Part shown: in pieces, positions 12,847-23,879 of the stretch
Numbering within the stretch: position 1 is the stretch's first letter
Layout: the number at the start of each line of letters is the position of its first letter
Source: Lingula anatina
Taxonomy: Eukaryota > Animalia > Brachiopoda
DNA length: 64,000 nt
Reading direction: 5' to 3'
Assembly (NCBI GenBank): GCA_051362555.1
Contig: CM120640.1
Coordinates: 17,856,001 to 17,920,000, forward strand
The notes under the pieces: generated by a model
Databases searched by the model: none
Told to the model about the DNA's origin: nothing
What the model saw: the letters and a program-made list of their open reading frames with translations, nothing else
Program-made: the position numbers and the translations under genes

Positions 12847-15503
12847 TGTGTGTGACTCATTTTGTTTAGATTTTATGCTTAATTTTCTCTCCACTTCTTA
12901 TACTAGGGATGAGAATGAAATAGTTCCCCAAGTCCTCCAGGCTATCCTCCATCTTCCTGAGTCTGCCCACATAGCTGTCAAATACACCAGTGTACAACTC
13001 ATAGGAGAGCTGAGTGAATGGATAGAGCAGCATCCAGACGTGTTAGGTAATTCATGTGTAGAATATTTCCTCAGTCTTTGATTGAAAAACAATACAACTA
13101 GTATAGTTTTTCAATCTTTGATTGAAAAACAATACAACTAGTATAGTTTTTCAATCTTTGATTGAAAAACAATACAATTAGTATGTAATTTTATGGTCCA
13201 TTAAGTTGCAGTTTTTTTTTTGTGTAATTTGGCATCAGTGTTTCTAAATGTTTGACTACTTTTTAGGAACACTTTTTTTACAGTGTCTAGGAACCCATGG
13301 TTCTCTCTTGTTTCCAAAACAATTTTTTAACAGCAGTGTTCCACATCTCAGAACCGATGCTTAGTTTTAAACAGTTCTGTATCCCACATTTCAGAACCCG
13401 TGCTCCAGTTTCTAATGGTGTGCCTCCATGTGCCGAGTCTGGCATCGGTGTCGGCCTCAGCACTGCTGTACATCTGTGAGCAATGTAAACAGAGAATGAC
13501 AGACCACTTTGCTGGATTGATGCAGATAATTCAGGCCATAGACAGTTTTAACTTAGACAATGATGCAGCTGTGGGATTATTAAAAGGTATTGTGCAGAAT
13601 TTGCATAATTCATATATAACATATTATAGAACGTTACTTTATAATATTACATATTATATCTTTATTATCCCATTATTTGGTGATGTATCATTTTATGGAA
13701 ATGATTGTAGGTGAATATTGTAGGAATAGTCAGTATCAATTTTTGAATGTAGATCAAATAAAGTAATACTCACAAATGTTTTTTCTTTCCAGGAGTGTCT
13801 TTGATTTTGGCTAAATTACCTCATGAAAAAATAACTGAAGGGTTAAAAGAGATGTGCATTCTGCAGATCACACCACTACAGAAGGTGAGAATCAGGGGTG
13901 GTGTTGACGTAATCACTTGGAATAAGAAATGATGTGCCAACTGTGAATTAGCCAAATTTCAATGTAAGGTTTTTCTAGAAATATTTGTTTTATTCCATTT
14001 AAAATTTGAATAAAACAATAGAAGAGCACAATATGATATACTTACTAGTTCACTGTTCTGTCTCACAGATACTGGATGACAGTGCCAAAGATACAGGAAG
14101 TAAAGCAGACCCAACTGTTTGGTTAGACAGACTTGCAGCCATATTTAGACATACAAACCCCACAGTCATCAATGGGCAGCTTCATCCCTGTCAGCCTGTA
14201 GTACAGGAGGTAAATATACTCACTGCTGTTGCAATATATGACGTTATGCACTAAAATACTGTGATGGATCTTGCAATTTCATATGTCCAACATTTCGTAC
14301 ATAACAAACGGCAGTACCTTGCGCTTCTTCAGTGTCTCACTCAACAAACCTTATTGCTATTACCAAACAGAATTCTGAGAAACACCACATCAGTAATATC
14401 TTGTTTTGATATGCATATGGAATTTTTAGAGAATTTTGTGTAAACATGGAACTGTGGATCTAGCAGAGTTGAAATTTAAGTAGAAAAATCATTGGTTTCT
14501 CGTCAGGTCTGGCCAGTATTATCCCGGGCCTGCCATCATTACCAGGCAGATGTAAAAATAGTAGAGCGCTGCTGCAGGTGTATCAGGTTTGCCATCAGGT
14601 GTGTGGGCAAGGGCTCTGCTGCTCTCTTGACTCCGCTGGTTACACAGGTGAGGTTAATAGTCCTGATATACAGCATGGTATTATTGTAACAGTCTTATGG
14701 CAAATACTTTAAATTGTACAGGCCTTAAGAATCCATTGGCCCAAAGCTACCAGTAACTGATCACATGTACAAAATTTAGCTGGCCGATATTAATTTTACT
14801 GTCTTGTGGCCAGTGATTAATGTTGTAGGCTGTTGTTAAAGAAAAATGGTTGAAGAAGACGATGACAATTTACATATAATACAATTTTCATATTTTTAAT
14901 AACAAAAATTGATTTAAAAGCTTTGAGACTAAGTAAATCTGTAACCGGAACATTTCTTTACAAGATAATTTAAGTTGGTAATGAAGGACTTCCTATCAAT
15001 ATCGTCATTTATTTCTATGTTTCTAGATGGTGGAAATGTACTCCTTACACCAGCACTCTTGTTTCCTCTACCTGGGGAGTATACTGGTGGATGAGTATGG
15101 AGAAGAAGAGGGCTGTCAGCAGGGTCTTCTCGATATGGTCAAAGTAAGTTCTGAGGAGTTGCACTATCCAGTCTTATTGTGATCTTAAGTCATAACAGAA
15201 ATAAAGATAAAGCAGGGTTACATGTGTGTCAATAAACAATTTCGTTTTCAGATTTTGTTCTTTCCGGAAGTTAAGTGTGGAATATTGGGCCTTGACTAGT
15301 GTTACATCTCACACAGTTCATAATCCTTATACTGTTTTGTGACATTTCAGGCTTTCATGGGACCAGCCTTCAAGCAGTTAGAAGAACCAAATGGATTTAG
15401 AAATCATCCGGATACAGTAGATGATTGGTTTAGACTATGTCTTAGGTATGTGACTTGTTGGCACGATTGGCTTAGTTGTCTTATGCATGACTACGTGATA
15501 AAG

Positions 15504-15569
<66 letters not shown>

Positions 15570-18500
15570 TATCTTATAAAATCCAATAGAATTAAGTTGG
15601 ATTAAATATATTATTATTATTATTATTCTCACATAGGTTTATCCAAAGAGCACCACAGGTCATCTTGCAGTCTCCAGTGGCTAAGCCAGTCCTTATGTGT
15701 GGAGTAGCTGCCTGTCCACTGGATCACAAAGAGGCCAATGCTTCAGTCATGAAGTTTCTCACTGAATTGATTAGAGCAGGGAGAGAGAAAGAAAAGGTGG
15801 AAGTATTACAACTGCTACTTGTTATACATAAGTATTTTATCTCAATTACTTGTCATTTTGGAAAAATCTGACATGTGAATATTATAACATGGATTCAGTC
15901 AGTATGTGACACACTTCACATATATCGTAGTCTCCTTAGTTTTCAGGGTTTAAGATTATTTTCGCAAAAAATTGAAATTTAATATTTATGACACAAGTCA
16001 AATAGTTAAGACCAAAAGGAAAACCTTGAAAACATATAACAAAGATATGTTTTGTTCTTTATAACAAATGTCAAAGGCAATGGGGGATAAAAATTTCAAC
16101 CCACCTGATGTTTTGGGCTAATATTTGGCTGAGACAGACTTTTCATACATGGAATGCACATATACATTTACAGCTTATTGTCTATATGTTTACCAGTGCA
16201 TTGCTTCATTCCAGTCAAGTGAAGATGCAGGTTTAGAAGTCTGCAGAAGCACTGTCCAGGGCCTGATCAAGGACACTGGTGAGGCCTTAGTTCAGTCCTT
16301 ACTGTCAGCAGCCGTGTTTTTTCTCCCTTCCTACATGATAGTAGATGCTGCAGAGGTGCTGTATGAACTGATGCAGTTAGACAGGCCAGTGAGTAAATAC
16401 AGTGTACAGATCATTGTACCACCAGCGTTAGCGCTGGCGGTACACATGGTTTCGGTCCCGTCCGGATCGTTCCGCCGGCTCCGCCGGATCCGCCGGACGG
16501 CTACCGTTACCGCTTCTCCTCCTAGACGGTAAGGGCCCCCGTACCCATCTCATGGATTTAGGTCACCTATAATCTCAACTCGTTCCACGTAAAATTTGGG
16601 CTTTGTCGGTATTGGGGTCTGGGTGTGGCACTCATTGCAATGCACCCTTGTCTAAAAATGGCAAAATTAAATGCTAATTATCTACCCTACGGAAGGAGTT
16701 ATGGGAAAAATTTCTATAGACGGCTTTCCAAAAGTCATATGTGTAGATTTCAAATATATCCTTGGATTTGACCTTTGACCTCTACTTCAAGGTCAAATGG
16801 GCCAAAATTTTCAAAAAAATGAAATTTTTTACGAAAAAAATTTTTTTTGCCCTGTTATTCAGACACCACACAGACTTAACCAATAATATTATTGGAAAGT
16901 GTTACCCTTCAGGTCATCTTTCATCTCCATGAATTTGGGGTCAATCGGTGCATTTTCACGGGAGTAGCGGCCATAAGATACCAAAACTGAAAACTGTCTC
17001 TAATTCGGGAACCGTTAATGCTAGAGACCCATTCTTTTTTGCATTTTGTAGAGCATGTAAAGCCCAACACTGGAAGTGGTCTCGTTTTTTTTTAATTCCA
17101 TACGGTTTTCGAGTTACGCTGTATCAAAAAGTACATATTGGTGGTAAAAGCAAAATGTGCAGTACGGTAATGGATAATAAATTTTGAACTCTGGAAAAAT
17201 AAAACATAAGGCTTGGCAAAGCAGACAACTTGTGTTCTAAAATGACATTATTTCATCAAATTTGAACTTCTGAAACTTCAGAGCACCTCCTATTTCAAGA
17301 ATTTTGACCAAAATGACATTTTCTTTATTTTAATTAATTTTTTCTGTACGAAATTTAAGGCACATTATGGTAACTCCAAAATTATAACATCTAGTCCCTT
17401 ATATCTCCAAAACTGGCAGAGATAGGTCCATAGTTACTATTGAACTTGAATAGGAAGTCATATACTGGCAATCTAAATGTGACCTTAAAATTGACCTTTG
17501 ACCTACTTTACACCATGAACTGAATTTTGCAAATTTTGCTTTCCTTTTATCTCCAAAACTGGCAGAGATAGGTCCGTAGTTACTTTTGAACTTGAATAGG
17601 AAGTCATATACTGGCAATCTAAATGTGACCTTAAAATTGACCTTTGACCTACTTTACACCATGAACTGAACTTTGCAAATTTTTCTTCCCTTTTATCTCC
17701 AAAACTGGCAGAGATAGGTCCATAGTTACTATTGAAGTTGAATAGGAAGTCATATACTGGTAATCTAAATGTGACCTTAAAATTGACCTTTGACCTACTT
17801 TACACCATGAACTGAATTTTGCAAATTTTGCTTCCCTTTTATCTCCAAAACTGGCAGAGATAGGTCCATAGTTACTATTGAACTTGAAAAGGAAGTCATA
17901 TTCTGGCAATCTTAATGTGACCTTGAAATTGACCTTTGACCTACTTTTCACCATAAACTGAACTTTGCAAACTTTTCTTCCCTTTTATCTCCAAAACTGG
18001 CAGAGATAGGTCCATAGTTACTATTGAACTTGAAAAGGAAGTCATATACTGGCAATCTAAATGTGACCTTAAAATTGACCTTTGACCTACTTTACACCAT
18101 GAACTGAATTTTGCAAATTTTGCTTCCCTTTTATCTCCAAAACTGGCTGAGATAGGTCCATAGTTACTATTGAACTTGAAAAGGAAGTCATATACTGGCA
18201 ATCTAAATGTGACCTTAAAATTGACCTTTGACCTACTTTACACCATGAACTGAATTTTGCAAATTTTGCTTTCCTTTTATCTCCAAAACTGGCTGAGATA
18301 GGTCCATAGTTACTATTGAACTTGAATAGGAAGTCATATACTGGCATTATAAATGTGACATTAAAATTGACCTTTGTCCTACTTTTCACCATAAACTGAA
18401 CTTTGCAAATTTTGCTTCCCTTTTATCTCCAAAACTGGCAGAGATAGGTCCATAGTTACTATTGAACTTGAATAGAAAGTCATATACTGGCAATCTAAAT

Positions 18501-19568
18501 GTGACCTTGAAATTGACCTTTGTCCTACTTTTCACCATGAACTGAATTTTGCAAATTTTGCTTCCCTTTTATCTCCAAAACTGGATTCAAGTCATATACT
18601 GGCAATTTACTGTGACCTTGAAATTGACCCTTGACCTACCTTACGAAGAATTTAAATTTGATTGCACCATATATATTTTTTGCAATAGTTTAAAAATTCT
18701 TGTTGATTGCATTTTTACAGCTTGTCAAGCACAAAACTGGTGGCTGTGTCCCTTATTTTGTGTATGTGGGGGTCTATACGAATGCGCTTGCTCCAGCTGG
18801 TGGTACAATATTTGGAGGCGGTATCGCCTCTCTGATCCTCTAGTTATTATATTGTATACTGTGCTACTTTAGACTGTTACTCTCAAATGATTCATCTAGA
18901 ACAGTGTCGCATATGTTACCAGTGCATGGAATAATATGTTGCTTTTGTGATGATGTCTTCTGCTTTGACTTGTGCAATTCGTTCCCTATATTTTATATTA
19001 TATGTATTTATTGGCTAAATAATTCTTTATCTCTTATGTCGTATATGTTAATCTTTAGCCATGAGAGTTGCATTTAAAGAGCTGCCATGTTATTGAGAAA
19101 TGCCAGTGTATACATGATACCGTCTTCTTATTTAGGCTGTGTGTAAATGGCTGGAACATGCATTGAAATCATTGCCTACAGAAAGTTCTGGTGGTGCTGT
19201 CACAGCAACACAAAAACAACTAGTAGACTTCCACAAAGAAGTTACAAGGTAAATGTTTATTAATGTTCATTAATAAAATGCAGTCAGCAAATACCAAAGG
19301 AAAACATTCCTTCTACAATATCTGAGTTATTTGTTTAGAAGTTTTCTAAGTTTGCTGTACTTTGAATATGAACCATGTTCTCCCCCCCCCCCCCCCACAC
19401 ACACACACACACACACACACCAACACACACTCTTTTTGTACTTTGATCATATCTCCCTGTTGTATTTCTATTTTCAAGTCATATTAAGTATGGACTTTTG
19501 TTTTCAGTGCCGAGGGGTTCAAACAAGTGTCACATGCTCTGAGGGATTTCTCCCGCCTATATAGGTGA
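6206..19568 (+). CDS. TNPO3: Transportin-3 (transportin-SR, importin-beta family), 929 aa. Exons 6206-6322, 7706-7795, 8340-8381, 8562-8633, 9098-9171, 9583-9646, 9818-9910, 10308-10451, 10780-10854, 11023-11123, 11321-11396, 11538-11600, 11842-11988, 12216-12323, 12530-12627, 12907-13046, 13395-13586, 13793-13884, 14069-14209, 14507-14647, 15027-15143, 15351-15445, 15637-15796, 16215-16388, 19136-19248, 19508-19568
   Basis: Recognisable motifs: [121 protein letters not shown] and C-terminal [10 protein letters not shown]. All junctions GT-AG, 2790 nt in frame. Confidence 0.96.
6551..7113. mobile_element. TIR-bounded non-autonomous element in TNPO3 intron 1
   Basis: Left CAGTGTCCGGTGTCACGTGTACGG..GCGTGAACCATCCGTCCTG versus right CAGAACGGATTGTTCACGC..CGGTACACGCCACACCGGTACT (imperfect inverted repeat of about 50 bp). 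Preceded by TA, CpG-rich ends. Confidence 0.6.
7108..7683. mobile_element. Long foldback element: imperfect inverted arms of about 240 bp and a spacer of about 95 bp
   Basis: GGTACTTTTGTAGTA..CCCCCCCACCCTGTAACT...CCCGCAGTCAATAACTTGCCGCGTTTTAGTTGGCTAACTCT pairs with AGAGTTAGCCAACGAAAACACGGCAAGTTACTGACTGCGGG...AGTTACAGGGTGGGGGGGTATACTACAAAAGTACCC. Confidence 0.85.
7897..8244. mobile_element. Foldback MITE in TNPO3 intron 2, same family as 5296-5693, opposite orientation
   Basis: Ends ACTTTTGCAGTACCTCCCCAC and GTGGGGGATACTGCATAAGCACCC. Internal TTATGTGGTGACTTTGAGCAATGTCTCC and AGGGTGAAAATTTACTGTAAT mirror about 5590-5615 and 5465-5486. Confidence 0.65.
10504..10555. repeat. (TA)n microsatellite
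   Basis: Direct reading. Confidence 0.95.
13073..13183. repeat. 40-bp tandem repeat, about 2.8 copies, internally palindromic
   Basis: Unit TCTTTGATTGAAAAACAATACAACTAGTATAGTTTTTCAA. GATTGAAAAAC and GTTTTTCAATC are inverted copies. Confidence 0.85.
15509..15567. repeat. (CA)n microsatellite
   Basis: Direct reading. Confidence 0.95.
16413..18845 (+). mobile_element. Helentron-associated non-autonomous element (HINE/DINE-1/pearl-like), about 2.4 kb, in TNPO3 intron 24
   Basis: Subterminal IRs ATTGTACCACCAGC (16413-16426) and GCTGGTGGTACAAT (18796-18809). 5' hairpin GTACCACCAGCG..CGCTGGCGGTAC, then a TCCG/CCGG simple-repeat tract, a central tandem array, a 3' stem-loop GAGGCG-GTAT-CGCCTC (18815-18830) and a CTAGTT end. 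Confidence 0.85.
17396..18638. repeat. 146-bp tandem (satellite-like) array, about 8.5 copies, inside the HINE
   Basis: Unit CCTTTTATCTCCAAAACTGGCAGAGATAGGTCCATAGTTACTATTGAACTTGAATAGGAAGTCATATACTGGCAATCTAAATGTGACCTTAAAATTGACCTTTGACCTACTTTACACCATGAACTGAATTTTGCAAATTTTGCTT recurs every 146 bp. Repeated ORFs end at 17649, 17941 and 18087 (offsets 292 and 146). Confidence 0.95.
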
Positions 19569-22500
19569 CACCTGGTGAATGTTTCATGTGAATATGGAAG
19601 TCGAGGACAGATTTGTGAAGCAAAGTATGAAGCTTACAGCTTCATGCAACATATTGTTAGAGAGAGGATTAAGGGCCCATGTCTTACAATGCAATGCGGG
19701 AAATAGAAACAGCAGTGAAGTGTGCACATGGTCAGGCAATCTAAACTCCAGCTCACGTGTGGGTCACATTAGTTGGCAAGTTGAAGGTGGAGAGAGAAAG
19801 ATATATCTGAATGAAAACATCATCCATTTTTTAAGTACTAGGTTTTAGCAGTGTTGAGCTTTCTGTATGCTGTATTTGATGCAGTCCTCCTGTGGCAGTG
19901 TGGTAGTGACAATCTGTACAGTTTGAAAAAGAAAACTTTCAGATTTTGTAATCTTGGATTATGTAAGTCTCCAAATGGTGCAGTTTTTATAATTATGGAA
20001 TGGCTAAAGAGGTGATCTTCTGTGTCTACTTATCCTTGTAAGTTTATCCAGTTCTTTGGCTTAGGCAAGGTGTTGCCAGTGAGAGACATGGCCTAATGGC
20101 GATTGGCCATTTTAACAAAATAATGCTATACTTTTTCAACTTTTTATGACTGACAGTTTTCACCCTTTTAGCAGATGTATTCATTTCACATACAACTTGT
20201 TTGGCTCACAAGAAGTGATACATCAGGTATTTCATTTTTTCTACTTCAAAGGATTTTCAGTGTAAATATAATTGGGCCAGTTCTTACTGTAATGGAGAAA
20301 GGTCATGCCCCTAAACCTCAGTGTGTGCATGTTTTAGAAGCATAAACCTTGCCTTTTTGTTGTATTTGATTATATTTTAGTTCTTTTGGTTACATTAACT
20401 TCATTGGCATTTACATTTCAATTCTTTGTTATGCTTGCTGTATACAAATGGCCCGTTTCATTTACTATTTCATCAAGTAGTAGGTGAACTGGCATGTTTT
20501 TTTTTTTTTTTTTTGAAATTGGCGACAAGAATATTTAAGAAGTAAAATGTAAAAAGATTCTTTTCAGTAGAACTTTTCTTATTTTTATCTTCTATGTTAC
20601 CCCTGATTTTTTATTCCAAATATTCTTATCAGAAGTGAATGTGCCTTGAACTCATCTGGACCACCTGCTATAGTCAAATTTCACACATTCATTTGTACAT
20701 CACAATTGTAATGTTATTTATTAGGATTTAAAATTGGTTCTTTTTTAAGAGGAACTAAATATTTATGACAACTGTTGAATGTTTTTGAAAGGTCTAAGAG
20801 AAAATTATGATGCAGATGTGAAAAGCATATAACAGGGACCTGTTCAAATCTTGATGGCATTATTCAAAGCAGTGATGGAACAAAGATTTAAATTTGTGTA
20901 GTGCTGGGCTTACATTTGGCCAAGACTAATCGTGCATGGGATTGTTATTTTTCTGCAGAAAGTAAAATTTTAAAAACTAGTGCCTTTTGGTTTTTATTTG
21001 TCATGTCAAATTCAGACATTTAGAAGTAAATTACTTTTTGCACCTAATGACAACTCATGAAAATTTTAAATTCATGGATCTTTTCAAATCAAAAGACCAA
21101 GTTTATCCGTCCATCTTCAAAAATCCATCCAACTCTGAACCAGCAAATGGTTTTTTAAAAATATTTTATTAGAAAAAAAAAGATAAGTACATAACAATTT
21201 GGACTGGCATCTTGCCAACCAACATTGTCCAGTTCAAAGACGGTCTGACTGGCCATAGAAAGAGAAGAGCAATACCTTTGTGCTACAAGAGACGGGACTT
21301 GTTTAGCACTACCGTACCCAAAGCTGCTGAAATTATGAGACTTATTTTATCAGCCTTCTTCTCTAGAGATTCCAAAAAGAAAACATCTCTTCAATTTTTA
21401 CGCAATTTCCTTTCTTCTGTGAAACAGTCAAAACATCTTGAATTTTGTTTATACTCATGCAAATACTACAATTGACGAGGCTTACACTTTTTGTGTAAAG
21501 CAAGAAAGATACATTGTCCTTTTTAGTCACCTGTTAATATGATCCAAATTCAAATTCTACATAAAACACACCATCTCCCAGCCTGTCACAAAGTACGACT
21601 GCAATCTTGCCAGATCTAGTCAGACAGCTATGAAGCAAACATCTCTCGACGTATAAATGGAATGTAAATATGTCAACAAGATGCTTTAACAATGGACATA
21701 CAATATGAAGATGGTATTATAACAAAAATAAAAAGCATTCAACAGTGGTAAATAAACATAAACGATGCCATACACAGGAGCAGTAGGGCAATAATAGCAC
21801 CGTACAATCTGCTTGCAAAATAGAAAATATTACCTACTTCCTGTGCAGGCAACGCCACAGTAAAGTTTCAAAAAACCTCAATACCCCCATATCACTTTAA
21901 CAGTTGTAAAATTGCTTGCTAGTGGTGCAGTACCGGGGTCATCATACTCATCATCCCATCTACCCTTGTTCCTACGTTGTTCCACATACCTGTGCTGTTT
22001 AATAAATCTGGGATCTTATTTATTTACCTCTGTTCCAAAGCAGTATTAATATATGCACAATTTTGGTTCAAATGTTGCCTGAATTCCCCTTTCTCTGTTT
22101 CAACAATATATATATTCAGAGATACAAATGAACAGTTTCAGACTTACAAAAAAATTGGGGAAACAGGTGCCCTTAAACCCTAGCATTCAAAAATTTACAC
22201 ATTTTAAACAAAAAATAAAATTCACTTTTTCTTAAAAAAACTCCAATTTTCAACTGTGTTTGACTTTATCCTTACGCTGCCAAAAAGAGACAAAAGCTTC
22301 ATGGTACGTCTGCCCCTCAGATGGGATCAAACAAACTTTCAGATCAAGTCTCCTTGGCCCTTATACAAATAGTTTCCACACATTCTTGATGAAATTTGAT
22401 GTAAACTTGACAATTTTATCATCAATGAGAAAAATGAAATCTAGCAGTGTGGAAACATAGCGGTCACTTCTTCAAAGCCAGGGAGGGAGTTATAGTATTC

Positions 22501-23679
22501 ATATAGTATTCATAAAAAGCACTGCTTTTCACAGAGATGGAACTGCTCTAATGTAAGATGTCAGAAAGCACAGAACAATGTGGTAACCAGATGAACAGAT
22601 CTGTTGTCTTGTGTAAAAAGATTAGTAATAAAAAAATTCTGTAAAAGAATCCTGTGAGTGAGTGTCTATCTGGACTGCAAGTCACAATGATACTGTACTA
22701 GCATGTATAGAATGCCGTTGTCCCAAGTGCATTCTCCCAGTATATTTATGATAATGAATGCTATATCACTAAGTGCTTCTAATCTCAAGGTTACTCTCCT
22801 CTCTTCACAGTGGTCATCTCACCAGCTTCTCTCCTCTGAAAAAAGAGAATGTTTTTAACCAATATGGTAATTTAAAACAAGTTCTAGAAAAAAAACCTGT
22901 GTCAAGTTCACAGGTTACATGACTAATGAAGTTGAGTCATGCAACAATGCAATCTGCAGCTCTATAAAGCAGCATTTTTTTTAACGTTAACAAGTTTAAA
23001 TTCTTCATCTTTTTTTCATGCGTCACCTGCATTTATGAATTGGTCAATTTCTCCCATAAACAGGATGCAGTCAATATATAACAGGGATGTTAGTAAACCC
23101 AAAGCATACATTTTCATAATCTGAAAGTCACAAAGCAAGATCTTTGCAACAAATACAATTAATATATACTTGTTTAACAACTTCAATATACCACTTATAC
23201 ACCAGGAAAGAAGTGGAGGTCTTGGAAAGGTCTTATCACTTCCCTGAAAATGGTATCAGAACTGGCTTCACAAAACATATTCTTAACATAACGAGTTTGA
23301 CTGCCTTTTTGCATTCCTTCAATTTCACCGTGCTTAAAAGCAAGCAATGTTTTTCCCAATCATTTTGACATTTTCTAGTGACAGAGGGTCCCTTCTCCAG
23401 GTTTTTGAACACAAACTGTGGCAAAACACAAAAGTGGGAAAGTCCATGAAATGGCTGGCAATGCTCAGAATTGAATGATACAAAGAGAACCGAAATGATG
23501 GAAAAAATCATCTGAAAATGCTGTCAATTTTCAATGCTAAATAAAATTCAAGTGTAAGTGACCTGCATTCTTTCTTTGCTAATGTAGTAAGTTTTTCCTA
23601 CACATCTTTTATAGTATCTGTGGATTATTTTTAGCATTATTAAAGAAAAATTATAATGTACAGAAAGGCCTAAAAACCA

Positions 23680-23879
23680 AACAAGAAACGCACTCCGAGA
23701 GTACAGACCCCTGCCAAGGCAACTCGACTCCCATTAATATAATTTAATGGATCGCAAGCAAAATCGAATCAATTTAAAGTAATCCCATTTTTGACCAAAA
23801 TACGACTTTAATTTTACGAGTTCGACTAACAAACCAACAAGGGGGGGGGGGGGGGGTGTCACCCTTTGTGGAGGTAATA
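23680..23879 (-). mobile_element. Short degraded HINE-type element of a second family
   Basis: Minus-strand start TTATTACCTCCACAAAGG matches ACCCCTGCCAAGG (about 23707-23719) as a subterminal IR pair. AAAC/CAAC simple repeat, terminal hairpin remnant GCACTCCGAGAGTAC and CTTGTT end. Confidence 0.55.

Noticed and set aside
17396-18638. Regularly spaced repeats resembling a CRISPR array, and repeated ORFs ([18 protein letters not shown]...)
   Set aside because: Units are head-to-tail with no unique spacers, there are no cas genes, and the context is a eukaryotic intron. The 146-bp unit is not a multiple of 3, so the ORFs are by-products.
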